Shown here piece after piece: positions 12,801 to 28,255 of a stretch of DNA of 64,000 nt. Source of the stretch: the human T2T-CHM13v2.0 reference genome, Homo sapiens; assembly GCF_009914755.1 (NCBI RefSeq), contig NC_060929.1, one strand, 5' to 3'. A program made the position numbers and the translations under genes. Numbering within the stretch: the first letter of the stretch is position 1; every line of letters starts with the position of its first letter. The notes beneath the pieces are model-generated. The model did not search any database. It saw only the letters and a list, made by a program, of their open reading frames with translations, and was not told the origin of the DNA.

Positions 12801-12990
12801 GCTAGGGAAGGACCTTGCTTTTCCCTCAGCCCATCATGGACATAAAGGCATCTTCTCCAGTGAGGCTGGTGGGATCTGCTCTGTAGGCAGTGTTCCATCT
12901 ATACCTCATACAGGCAGTGGGCTTTCAGCATCTCAGCAGCTCTGCTAACCATGTCTGAGCTAGGACTGCCACCACCATCCTCAGGCATCA
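9866..12990 (-). pseudogene. Processed pseudogene of protein serine kinase H1 (PSKH1): 5'UTR, disrupted CDS (11613..12834) and long 3'UTR, intronless
   Basis: ORF fragments ARVAKYRAKF, LQMVLDGIQYLHALGIT..DLKP.NLLYHHPGTDSKIIITDF and SNLAKDF...QNLLK match PSKH1. ATG GGC TGA at 12834, TAC AAT GGC TGA ending at 11613, AATAAA (- strand) at 9881-9886; many stops and frameshifts; GC-rich against an AT-rich intron. The 3' boundary is approximate (9750-9870). Confidence 0.92.
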
Positions 12991-13002
12991 GCATTGTGAC
13001 CT

Positions 13003-13160
13003 ATAGTGGTTTTTAACTCTTTTTGAGTTACAGTTTTTTTAAAAGAATCTGGACCCTTTCCACAGAAGAGTACACATGCACTTACAGAAAAAACTTTGTC
13101 CAGTGTTGAAGTGGTTCAGTGGTGCCCTGAAAGCCTGTATACAGGTGGCTTACTAACCTT
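13003..13160. mobile_element. Degenerate hAT-Charlie-type MITE
   Basis: tagtggtttttaactctttttgagttacag...ggaccctttccacagaa...ccctgaaagcc resembles MER5-group elements. Confidence 0.45.
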
Positions 13161-13364
13161 CTTCTATCAGGTTGTTCCTGGTGACAGATGGACTCAACCA
13201 AACTCCAAGCATACATACCAAGAAAATAGGAGAGAATTTTGTTTTTTCCAAAAGCATGAATTATAGTCATCTCATTTTGCAGATTCAGAAAGTTAATTAT
13301 GATCAAGTCAGAATTGATACTTGGTTGAGTTTGAGTCATTGCATTCTTAGATTTTGCTGTTTTC

Positions 13365-13442
13365 GCTGGGCGTGGTGGCTCATGCCTGTAATCCCAGCAC
13401 TTTGGGAGGCTGAGGCGGGCAGATCACAAGGTCGGGAGATCA
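13365..13442 (+). mobile_element. 3'-truncated, tailless Alu (78 nt) with perfect 16-bp TSD
   Basis: agattttgctgttttc at 13349-13364 and 13443-13458. Confidence 0.9.
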
Positions 13443-13881
13443 AGATTTTGCTGTTTTCCAGAATATCCAGCTCAAAGGTATTTTTTACTGCCAGTGAATT
13501 AGCCAATATTTCCCAGAAGCTGTCATATATTTGTAAGCATAATTAACAGTAATTGGCTTATGTGGAAAGCCAAAATTTTTAAAAGCCTAAATTTTAGGCT
13601 TTAAATTTAGATTAAAAGCATAAATTTTCGATCCAAAATGATAATAAGTCTAAAATTTAGTTTTGTTATGTCAGTGTGATGTCGGTTTGAAACATTATTC
13701 TCACATGTTTTGCATTTTTGTGCTTTGACTTTAACTCTTCTCAAACTTCATGTTGTTTTTAATCATGTTTCCTTTCTTAGGGTTTATAACTTGTTATAAA
13801 TTTTATAAAAAGAGAAATTTTAAGAATATGTTTTTTACCAGTTTTTTTCCTAAACTCTGAATTTTAACTATGTTCATTCAG

Positions 13882-14007
13882 ATTTCTTCTGGTGAATACA
13901 TTCAGATGTCTGGTCGTGCTGGAAGGAGAGGAATGGATGATAGAGGAATTGTAATTCTTATGGTAGATGAAAAGATGAGCCCAACAATTGGAAAACAATT
14001 ACTTAAG
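13882..14007 (+). CDS. MTREX: MTREX exon ([17 protein letters not shown]...KQLLK), motif VI, 126 nt
   Basis: ttcag|ATT, AAG|gtaact; QMSGRAGRR motif VI. Confidence 0.97.
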
Positions 14008-15224
14008 GTAACTACATTAAGATTGTGTACCTTTACCAAGAATTCCAGAAATATACTTCAGGAGCCATTTCAGAATTGGTTGTGTCAGTCAGACACCTAA
14101 GTGAAATGAGTTAATATACTGAAACTATCTGGGCTTGGGAAGATGGAAGGGTGTGATTACTCAAAATACTAACATCTTGTATCCTACTTCACCTAATAGG
14201 TGGAGAGCAACTCATGTAATGGATAGGGTGTGAAGATCTCCAGAGAGGGCAGAAATGTTTACTTTGTCCTCCAAATTTAAGAAATCTCTTTATTTGACCC
14301 ATCCACTGCACAAGTTGTTCTTTACCTGGTAGAACAGGAAGTTCTGTTCTACTGATAATCAAGTGTTTTGGGCAGGCAATGAGCTTCCTCTACCTTTGCA
14401 AGCGCAGATAGCTTAATAGGTTAATTCAGCAATCTGCGTTTACACTTTACCCTATTGATTATAAATATCCCAATCAAAAAGGACACATTTTAAGCTTTAT
14501 TGCAGATTAGACTTTTATTTTGCTTGCTTAGTATTTGTGCTTCGGATGGTCTAGGATTTTGTTTTGAAGAGCTTCTCAAGGAAGATTGGCCTGGTTGCCT
14601 TTTTTCTTCTTATCCATATAGAGAAAAGTGTTAATAAGATAGGAAACTTTAATTAAAAACACAAAATTAATTGCCAGCTTATTAGCTACTTAAAAGTAGC
14701 TACTTCAAAACATGTTAAGACACACTTAGGTCAGTATCTATGAAACAGATTGTGTGTCTAACTTTTTAGACTTGGGAACTTTGTGGAGAATTTGAGATAT
14801 AGTCATAATGAAGCTTGGTATGTTGAAGCAAAATTGATGAAGGTGTGTATATCTTTATATGTCTTTACATGAGTGAAGACAAAGCTTGTCTGTACATATT
14901 CATAATAATCGTATTGTGTCTTATTTTCAACTTTAGAGATTAACACTTGGAAACCTCTTTAGTGCTTCATGAAAGGAAAATTAAACAAGGCTGAAAATTT
15001 GTATTTTTATTCTTTTCTCTAATTGTGCCAGATATAGCACATGCTATTTTTCTTTCCTTGTACTGTGTGTGTGGAAAGAACAGAATCGGATTGCCAGATT
15101 ATAGGAGGTAATATTTTAATGACAGCATCTGGTTCCTTTAGTGCAGAGTTTTCATTCCATTTACTTGACGTTTCTGGATTTGTTACTTTGTAAGTGTAAA
15201 GTTCTATCACCTTTCATTGCATTT

Positions 15225-15980
15225 TTAAAATTAACTTTTCTAATAGACTTATTGAGCTATAATTCACATACCATACAAGTCACTCATTTCCATGGTTTTT
15301 AATATATTCATAGAGTTTTGTCACCATCACCACAATCAATTTTAGAATATTTTCATCAATCCAAAAAGAAACCCCTGTACCTATTAACAGTCACTCTTCT
15401 TTCTTCACAAGACCACCCCTACCTCAAGCCCTAGACAACAACTAATTTGCTTTCTGTCTCTATGGATTTGTCTGTTGTGGACATTTCATATAAACAGACT
15501 CGTATAATGTGTACCCTTTTGTATCTGGCTTTTTTTCACTTAGCCTAATGTTTTCAAGTTTTATGCATGTTGTAACATCTATGAGTACTTCATTCCTTTT
15601 CATTGCTGAATAATATTTCATTGTATGGGTATGCCAAACTTGATCTGTTCATCAGTGGATGGACATTTGGATTGTTTCCATGTTTTGGCTGTTGTGAGTA
15701 ATGCTGCTATGAACTTTTTTTTTTTTTTACAAGTCTTTACTTGAATATGTGTTTTCTTTTCTCCTGACTGTGTACCTAGGAATGGAATTGCAGGGTCATA
15801 GAGTAAATCTATGTGTAACCTTTTGAGGAACTGCCAGACTGTTTTCTTTAGTAGTTGCACCGTTTTACATTCCCGCAAGCATTATATGAGGCTTCTAATT
15901 TCTTTACATTCTAGCCAGCACTTGTTAGCTGCCCTTTTGGTTAATAGCCATCCTTGGGGTATGAAGGAGAACATTTCACT
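15225..15980 (-). mobile_element. Old L1 3' end
   Basis: L1 ORF2 C-terminal-like peptide in ORF 15618..15878 and L1M 3'UTR motifs. Confidence 0.8.
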
Positions 15981-16842
15981 TTGAATATTATACAGTTTGA
16001 CTGATTGAAAGGAGTACCTGTTTTTGTGTCTGCATTTCTAGGCATATTTCTTTTATCAAGACTGGCATACAACCTTTTTCCTCTAGGTTTTTTTCCAGGT
16101 GGTTTTACTATCATTAAGGAATTTATAAGTAACTTATTCAGTATTTGTAACAACTAATACTTATTGAATATTCAATATGTTCCAAATGTTAATTACAATA
16201 ATTATGTTATTATCTCCATTTTATAAATGGCATGCAGAGGTTAAAAAATTTGTCCAGAGCTATGTTGTTGTTAAATGGCAAATCCTGCTTTTGAACTCAG
16301 GCAGTCTGATTTCAGAGTTTATGCTTCTAACTACTATATGGTACTGCTTCTCAGTACCTCTTGCAAATAGATTTTTCAACTATTAGTTTAAACACTATTT
16401 GACATGAGACAACAGTTTGTTCTTTGATGTACTTAAAGTAGATAGGCTAAAAAATAGTCATGTCAGGTATATTTTCTTATAGGCAAAAATAATTGATCAT
16501 TCTTAAGTAATTTCAGAACTTTAATAGAAATACTGAGTACTTAAAGTCATTTTCTCAAAAATTAAAATACGTAGCTTCTTCATAGTCACCTTATATGTAG
16601 AAATAGTAGGTTTACTTTATACATTAGTATAATTCAAGTCTATTTGTCATATTTAATTATTTTTCCTATTGGTGTTAGAAACATGGCAAAATACATGTGT
16701 TTGTTGCTGGTTGGAGCTTTCAAAATCTCAGTACATTCATACACACACACATATTTATATATTTGAGCATGTAAATAATTTAATGATTGTGAATTTGAAA
16801 TATTTTAATAATTTTTTTCCTTCATTTTTATGGCTTGAGTAA

Positions 16843-17542
<700 letters not shown>

Positions 17543-17643
17543 CTTGGCGAATTTTTAAAGGAGCAATAGAGAAACCTTTTCAACTTTTCCAGTCCTGCTA
17601 TTGTTGAAGTATCTGCTATTAGCTTAAACAGAATTTGACATAA

Positions 17644-17985
<342 letters not shown>

Positions 17986-20900
17986 TGATACATTTTTGAT
18001 TACTTGATATGAGCTATAAAAAAAAATCAGTTTTCATAATGTGTGTTCAAATGAAAAGTTGAGTAAATGAGAAAGTGTGTATTATTAAACAGCCTTTCAG
18101 AAAGACTGGTGAATGCATCTTTTATTTGTTAGCGGTTAGGTATTATATTTTTCCAGTATAACTAGAAGAAATACATGCTCCAATATAGTGCCCATATTTT
18201 CCAAAGAATGTAAAAATATCACAGTACTTTGAGTAAATGTTATTATTGGTTTTATCAAAATAAAACCATTTCTATAATTTCTGAAATTACTAAATAAACA
18301 TACTAGTTACTTAGAGTACATAAAGTGCTCATTTCAATAGTGTGATACTTCTAGTCAGTGGTGTGTTCTTTTCAACAATGAATCAAATTTTCCTGAATTG
18401 AAGGAAAAATAATTTTGACCTTACTGGTTATTTAAATTATTTGTAAATTTAAGAAGCACATACCTATTCTATTAAAGTTAGTTCTGTAACTGTACATAAG
18501 ATAACAATGTACAGGCCTTTTTTGAAGAAGTGGGAAGACTCACATTTATTTATTTCCTCATCTTCCACGTTTATGGTTCATAATGCAAAAATATTTAGCC
18601 TGTTAATTTTTAGAACTACTTGCCTAAATGAACCATATATTCTAAAATGTAAGAGATCATTATATTAGTATTTATAAAATATTACAAAAGCTTTTCTAGA
18701 AAATTGGTATGTTTGGCTCTCTCAATCTTAGTATCTTTTCAGTAAGCAAATTGGCAAAAAGGAATTCTTCGAAGTTTTCCTGGAATCCTTCAAAGTTTAC
18801 ATAATGTCTTTATCATTGGTTACCTGTCTTGTTTCAGTTAAATTTTAGGTGATCCTCTTATTAGGCTGTCTCTTGATACATTGTTTTAGTTAACTGATGA
18901 AATTAAATATGTAAAAAGAGTACTTGATCAACACTTAAAGAGTTCTTATATTTTTAGTAATATGAGGGATGTATTGGATTGATAGGTATATAAAATAAGT
19001 TCCAATATGACTTGCCCTCCATGAAGACTTTAAGCCTAGATACTCCTAGATTTTAGCTCCTATTTGTTTAGTCTTGGCAGTTCCCTGCACCTCTCTAAGC
19101 CTCTGTTTCTTGTTTAAAATGGAGACAGAAAACTGTTATGAATGTTGTGAATTGAAGATTTAGTATTTATTTAGTACAGTGAGTGGCATATGCTAAGCCC
19201 TCAGTAAATGGTGATCATTTCTAAACTTAAGGAATATATCTACATTCATGCATAGAAAGCGAACAGGAAGCAATATATGGCCCAGTGCTAGAATATAAGT
19301 TCTGATAATTCTAGTTCAGGGAAATTTGAGATGATTCTGGACTAGATGGTTGTGGTCTAAGGCTTTATGGAGGAATGTAGGTGGGGCAAGCTCCAAAGGA
19401 ATGGAATCAGAGTGGGGGTTACGTTTTAATTTTCATGGCTAAAAAGAAAGAATGATACTTTAGGAAACAGGAGAGGCTTTAGCATCGAGAATTAACATGT
19501 ATTTGGATTTCTTAGTTTTGCTAAGACAGAGGATTTGTGTGGATACTTATAGATGAGAGACATAAGCTTATTAACTTGATTGCTAAATTGGGTGTTCAGT
19601 TCTGAGCCTCAGTATTTCCCATTTTTACCCTTTTCTTTAGAAAACAATAGAGTTTACAACATGTCCAGTACACTTCTGTGTGGTGTGTGTTTGAGAAATA
19701 AAAGTTTCTTAACACACTTCTGCTATGATGTATTATGTTATTTTCCATTCTATTTCGTTGGGGGAAAATAAAATGAAATTTGGTATAAACTATGAAACTG
19801 AGTTCAGTACCTACAGGGACTTTAAGTAATCATATATTATTGCTGAGTAGGGTAGTATGTCACAGCGAAAGCATGTTTAGGAAGATTCATCTGGCAGCGG
19901 CAAGTCAAACTGGAAAGGACATTGAAACAAGAACAGTTACGATGGTAGTTATAGTAATCTAGATGTTAGGATGGTAGTTGTCATAATCTAGGTATGATTT
20001 GATGAACCTTTGGACTAGAGTGGTGGCAGTGGTAAAGAAACAAAAGGACTAATCTAAGACAAATTGAGTAAATAGTCTGCAATAATTGATTAAAAAGGGA
20101 GAGAGAACGCAGAATAAACAAACTCCTAAGCTGGAATTTAAATGAGTAACTCATTAACCATCAATATATGTGAAAGAGAAAGTTGGTCAGAAATGAGGAA
20201 GAGCAAGAGAGAGAAATTTCATTTTAGATAGTATAGTGATGTTATTTATCATCCAAATTGGGATACTGTCAGAGTGAAAGAGGGGACTATTAGTCATTAC
20301 ACTGGTACAGCAGGTGTAAGTTGGAACTATGCTGGGCTTACTTGGGTAGAATGTCAAAAAGCCATGTTGAGTTTCAGGTGACTGAGAATTTACATGGGTG
20401 TTTGTACAGCAGTTGGGAATATAGAAGCGGAGCATGGGGTTAGAAATAAACATTTCTTATATTGAAACCCGAGATTTCTTGGTGGACATAATCATAGAAG
20501 AAAAAATAACAGGAAAGTCTGCAAACAATGTGTTTGCAAAATTATAAAGTAGATGAAGTTCTTTAATCTCTCTTTTCTCCAAGAATCTAGTTTTCCTACT
20601 AACTTCACCACTCCTTTTGGCCCTATTTTTAAGGAAAGTGGGTAAAGATCAAGGTTTTAGGGACTTACTAACTATCCTCCTAAAGTACGTGGCTCTTGAG
20701 TTTTCAGGAACTAAGAAATATCCTTACTTGAGACACAGATGAGAAGTCTCCCCTTTTTCTGCATAAAATCCTGACTGCATACATTTAAAATTCTGGATTT
20801 CATAAGGTTGTCCTGTGGACTTCAATTTAAGAACCCAGGAGTACTCTAAGAGTATTTGTGTATTTTGCTATGCCATTTAGAAATATGTGGCCTACATAGT

Positions 20901-21021
20901 GATACTGCACTTCTAAATGTTTCTACATGTATCGTCCGAGAATTTGGTCATTCTCTTATTTAAATAACTACACAACCATTTTCATACTTCTGAAGCATTT
21001 TTATTAAAATATACTTCTGAA

Positions 21022-21315
<294 letters not shown>

Positions 21316-21534
21316 CTTCTGAAGAGACACTGCTGAAAGAGAAGTTTATGTGTGAAGGAACTATTTTGGGTATAAACCTTGTGAGTTTAGGTTGCATTAT
21401 TCTACAATAAAATTCTACAGTATAACTTATTTTACAATAAAATATTTTATACTGTCTAGTCATTAGTCTAGCTCTTGAGTAACAGCCACAGTTAGGAAGA
21501 CAAAAAGGAATTAAAGTGTAGATAAAGAATAGTC

Positions 21535-21750
21535 TGCCTATAATCCCATCATTTTGGGAGGCTGAAGTTGGAGGATTGAGCCAACCCAGGAGTTCAAGAC
21601 CAGTCTGGGTAATACAATGAGACCTCTATCTCTACAAAATAATAAAAAATTAGCCGGGGATGGTGGCACATGCTTGTAATCACGGCTGCTCAGGAGGCTA
21701 AGACTGGAGGGTTGCTCGAGCCCAAGATTTCAAGGCTGCAGTGAGCAGCC
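21535..21750 (+). mobile_element. Partial old Alu (AluJ-like)
   Basis: diverged Alu body lacking both ends. Confidence 0.8.
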
Positions 21751-22033
21751 TTGCAGTGGGGGACCACAAAGAGCAATCCTGTCATATGCTTAGAGGGCAG
21801 AGAGCTACACATTTGGCAAACAGTATTTTAAATACTTTCATACTGATTTTTTTTTCCCTTCACTTTCCCAAAGACCTGTGGTTTTATTTTATATTGGTTA
21901 ACTAAAGGGTAGAACTAATACATTTCTGTAGTATTTCTTAATGTAGACTGTTATTGAGCATTATAGTAGGTTAAAGGTACTTGTGTAAATTTATTTGGAA
22001 AACTACAAAATTGACATTTTTTTTCTCTCTTAG

Positions 22034-22184
22034 GGCTCCGCTGATCCTCTAAATAGTGCTTTCCATTTGACCTACAACATGGTTTTGAACTTACTACGTG
22101 TAGAAGAAATTAATCCTGAGTACATGTTGGAAAAATCCTTCTACCAGTTTCAGCATTATAGAGCAATTCCAGGAGTAGTAGAGA
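22034..22184 (+). CDS. MTREX: MTREX exon ([21 protein letters not shown]...IPGVVE), winged helix, phase 0-1, 151 nt
   Basis: tcttag|GGC, GAGA|gtaagt. Confidence 0.96.
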
Positions 22185-22513
22185 GTAAGTATAAAATACC
22201 ATAACAGAGCTTAGTGTAGCTAGGAGACTGACTAGCAAAATGTCTGCATTATTGGCTGCTTTGGCTTTTGTTTTTGTAAGGTAAATTTTGGTTCATACGT
22301 AATGGACTGCACAACTGTAGTCTGGTCATTGTAACTGAATAGAACATTTCAAAATGAAGGAAAGAAAACCCTGGCAGGAAACTTTTCTATAGTTGGCTCA
22401 AATTTAGTATAATTCTTGTCTTGTGCATATATGTCATATAACTCATGGTCCTGAATAATGAAATAACACACAAAGCCTAGTATATTAAAACTTGACCTGT
22501 AAAAAGCACATGC

Positions 22514-22913
<400 letters not shown>

Positions 22914-23477
22914 TTAGAGTTTAGCTTTTTGGAATTTTCAGTTCTTAATATTAAGGTAATGCTTACTAAAGCACAAAAAGTAAATGTCCTGTGGTAATTA
23001 TGTTCAAGTGGAATTGTACATTGATTCTTACCTTAGAGGGTAGTGTGACTGATGGTCATAAGAGCTGATTAAAAGCTAAAATGGAGGCAACGATTTAAAG
23101 TACTGGTTTTCATTTGAATGTGAAAAAGAATAAACCACTGGTTTGGATAAATCTTATAAAAATATTGTGCGTAGTCATCGTAAAAAGGAGAAAGAAAATG
23201 TGACAAAAGATAGAGGAAAGTTAAAATCATTTGTAATCTCACACAGAAATAGCTACCCAACCACTGTTAACACTTTGGAGTTTTTCTATTTTGTTTCACG
23301 AATAAGTTTGCTTTTTAAAGGCAAAATTTAGATGTGGAGTTTTTGTAATAATGATACTGGTAATGATAATGCTTATAATTAATATCATTTGTTAAATATT
23401 TACCTTACGCCTAGCCTTTTATTAAATGCTTTGTATTTAGTAGCTCATTGATTCTGACTTTTGAAGTTTTAATTTCA

Positions 23478-23772
23478 GCCAGGTGTGGTGGCTCACACCT
23501 GTAATCCTAGCACTTTGCGAGGCCCAGGGGGGCAGATACTTGAGGTCAGGAGTTCGAGGCCAGCCTGGCCAGCATGATGAAACCCCATCTCTACTAAAAA
23601 TACAAAAAAATTAGCCGGGCATGGTGGTGGGCACCTGTAATCCCAGCTACTTGGGAGGCTGAGGCAGGAGAGTTGCTGGAACCCGGGAGCAGAGGTTGCA
23701 GTGAGCCGAGATTGTACCACTGCACTTCAGCCTGGGTGACAGAGCGAGACTCCATCTCAAAAAAAGAACAAA
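23478..23772 (+). mobile_element. Alu (AluS-like) with 14-bp TSD
   Basis: TSD aagttttaatttca. Confidence 0.95.
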
Positions 23773-23904
23773 AAGTTTTAATTTCAAGAAAGCATGATTT
23801 TTAATGACTGAATAATGTTTCAATTTTATAACTATCATGATTTATTTAACAGGACAAATTGGAGATTCCTTTCTATCATGAGTATATAGGACAATTCCAC
23901 TCTT

Positions 23905-24075
23905 ATTTTACTTTATTTTAGATGGGGTCTTGCTCTGTCGCCTAGGCTGGAGTGCAGTGGTACGATCACAACTCAGTGCAGGCTCAGTTGATCCTCCCAG
24001 CTCAGCTGGACTATAGGCATGTGCCGCCATGCCTGGCTAATTTTTGTATTTTCTGTAGATACAGGGTTTCACCAT
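23905..24075 (-). mobile_element. Partial Alu (right arm)
   Basis: reverse-complement Alu fragment with internal deletions. Confidence 0.8.
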
Positions 24076-24974
24076 TAATAAAGTGATGAGAATAAATGTA
24101 ACCTCTCTAATTGAAAAAAAAAATCGAAGATGACTGACAGTTTCTTAAAATGTGAGCTGGATGATCTCAACACTCACCTTTAGTAAATTTCCATAAGCAG
24201 ATTTTTGAATTTTTTTTAAAAACCTTATAACATGACCAATGTATAATTTCAAATCATATTACATTTTATTAATTTCTTGTAAAAGTTATTAATAATGCCC
24301 CTCGTTTGGCTGATAAACTGGTCTTAGCAAAGAGATAGAAAAGTATGATTCTAGTCTCAGAGAAGTGTATTTTTAAAAGAGCTATAAATCCCTTTCTCCC
24401 ACCAAAAATTGTATTAATAATAAATTTTATTTTATTTTATTAAAAATAAAAATAATAAAGATGAACAAGGTTTAAATACACTTTGGATTTGAGTGTGAAT
24501 TAAGGAGGTGTTAAAATCAGATTAGTACTTAATATTAATTTTACCTTATGGAAATTTCAGATGCTGTCATTGAAACAGGTGTAAGATTACAAGCTAGTTT
24601 AATACTTAAAAAAGGAAATTAAAGTATTCCTCCTAAGCAGTTAGCACAGTCATGCATGAGTAGGATAATTATACATACACACACAGCTAGCAGTTAGACT
24701 GTTTTGGAGACTGAATAACCAAGTGAAACAGAAGTGTGTATTGGTGCACCTACCTTTGTTTTGTTTCTTTTTCTTTTTACATTCTGATAAGCAGTAAATT
24801 ACTTTTTAAAAGCATCCCTGGTACAGTGGAGGATAGAGGGAAAACTCCCAAATATTATCCCATTTTTTTAAAGCCTGTTTTCTGACTTCTGGCTGGACCC
24901 AGAGATTGTTCAGTATGACTTAGAGCAGGATTCTACTGCTCACTCAATGAACTTAAACATTCCACCATTTCTCT

Positions 24975-25680
<706 letters not shown>

Positions 25681-27879
25681 TTTCCATCTCATGTCCTCTG
25701 TCTTCACAGTCCCCAGCTTTTGTGTTTTGTTTTTTCAATGTGGTTCTGACTTACCTTTTAAAAGGATTGTGAGTAACATGATCTTTGCTCACTGGCATTG
25801 CCTCTGAATACTTGTATCTACTTGGAATTTAATTATCCCTGCATTTCTCTACCTCTGGTTTTAAAGGGGCAGGCTCTGTTTTTCTAACTTCCTGAAACCA
25901 GTAAGTAAAAATACTGTCAAAAGTATAACATACTTTTTAATGGAAGAGGTAGGAATTTGAGTGATGAAAGAGAAATAAGGGAATTGAAACACCTCTAGTA
26001 CAGTTTGCAGAGCTGAGTGTTAATGATCAAACAGACCATGTAGTGTGAGAGAATACATCCTGAATGGAGTTCATTCCTATTTTCAGTCATTACTTGCAGG
26101 AGTATACTTCTTTTGTTGCAGATACTACTAGAGCCTTTTCAAGGCACTGGTATTATTTTTACCACCTTAAATATAACAAAATTAAAATGTGGGCTATTGT
26201 CTTTGGAAGTGTAGAATTGGTAGAATGTTTTATTCATTGTAACAAATAGATGGCTCACATACATGAGATGTTTTTCATTTTGATTTATCTAATCAACAGT
26301 ACATTTTTCAGTGAGCCATAAGAGTAGAGGTCCTTGGATTTTACTCTACCCTTACTGAAATGAAAAATGCATACTTAATCTTAGTCTTTTTATTTAGTTT
26401 CATTAATAATGCCAGTGGTAATAGGAAGAGCTGTGCAGTTAAATGAGGGTTTGAATCAAGGCTACCTGAGCCTCAGTTTGTTTATGAAGTTGGGATAATA
26501 TCCAGTACATTCAAGTTCTAAGAATTAAATGAGATAATCTATGTTAAATGCTCAGTAAGTGCTTGTTGCAAAAATGATAGTATTGCCATAGAGCAGTAAA
26601 GCAATCTGTGCTTTTACTTGTAAAATTTGCTTAGTTCTGAGCATGGCAGTTCATTTCCTAGTCACTCCCAGGCTTATCTATTGTATACACTGTTATACAC
26701 TATATTATATACTATAAATATGTTTTTGCAACCACCATCTCTCATCTTCCTCGAGAGGAAGAAATTGGTTGCAAGCTGTCTTAAGAGTTTGTGGGCATAT
26801 TTTACATGCTATCTTCTGAAATTCTGAGGCTTTCCTATGGCAATGACCCATGAGGCCTTCTCATTTGCACTGCAGTTAAACTAGCTTCTTATACTAAAGT
26901 TCCTCAACTGTCTGATTGGGGTGGAAGAGGTACTATCCTTAAATTAAGTTAATTTGCTTCATAGTGGCAGTCTCACAAACAAGTTGCCTCATTAATTTAT
27001 GTATTTGTTTTCTAATTTGTTACATGTATATTATCAATTTTGAAAGACATAAAACCAGTTTTTTTTTAACATGAGAAAAGATTAGAGAAACTGATTTTTG
27101 TTTGTTTAATATGGAGAAAAAAGACTGTACCTAAAGTTAATAATTTTCTGGAGTGGTATGTAGCTGTAGTTAGAGTCCTGGACTCTAACTACAAAATAAA
27201 TGTGACTTCTTAAAATGTCTTTCAGACTTTTGACTCACTAGTTAAATAGTCTGAGCACTGAAGTGATTTGGAGTGATATAAAAAAGAAAATCTTCCTGGA
27301 TGCTTCCCTGTTATCCCCCATAGATATTTCCTTATATCATTTTCTTAAATTCCTCTGGTCTGTGCTGCCTTTAGTGCTCCCCTGATTCCTACAAATAGAA
27401 TGTTATATGTAATTCTGGGCGGGGCAGCAGGATCATCATTTCAGTGTGCAGTCTCCATTTTCGTGTAACTCTTAATGACTTTAGTCTGTCAAATATTCTT
27501 TTATAGGGTTTAATTTTTTTTCCTGATAATGTTTACTGCCATAATGCGTGTTGTTACGGATGGTATTCTAGTCTTTAATGACTGAAATACAGCTCCTGTA
27601 AGCAGTGATGCAGTTCATTTAAAAATAACCAGGATGATGCAGTATGCCCAAGGTAGTACAAAAGACTAGAACTTAGAGCTCTAGGAACAGTCTGTGAAAA
27701 GGTTGATGATGATAATAAACATAATAACAATACAGTAGCAATATCCTTTCTGTTTACCATGAGCTATACTGTTAGCTAAGTATATTCTGTGTCTTTCATC
27801 AGTCCCTAGGAAAGCTTTGTGGGGATACGTGCACTATTGTTATCCTCATTTTGCAGATTAAGAAACTGAAGCACACTGG

Positions 27880-28196
27880 TTACATAGAGCAGTTTGATAA
27901 AGATCAGTGGAGTAGAATTGTGAGTCCAGAAGTAAACCTGTACATCTGTTGTCAATTGATTTTTCAACAAGTAGTGCTGAAACAAAAGGATTGCAACATG
28001 CGTAATAAAGTTGCACCCTTACCTCACGCCATATACAAAAAGTAACTCAGATAAAGAGCTAAAAATTTAAAACTCAGGAAAAAACATAGGTGTGAATTTA
28101 CGTAATTTTGGATTTGGCAGTGATTTCTTAGCTGTGACACCAAAAGCATGAACAACAGAAGAAAAAAAGAAATTGGATTTTACCAAAATTTAAAAC
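27880..28196 (+). mobile_element. L1 ORF2 fragment
   Basis: agatcagtggagtagaattgtgagtccagaagtaaac...aaattggattttaccaaaatttaaaac. Confidence 0.75.
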
Positions 28197-28200
28197 TGTA

Positions 28201-28255
<55 letters not shown>

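Noticed and set aside
14329-14352. 9-bp hairpin gtagaacag-N6-ctgttctac
   Set aside because: Short enough to be expected by chance in 64 kb; no supporting context.
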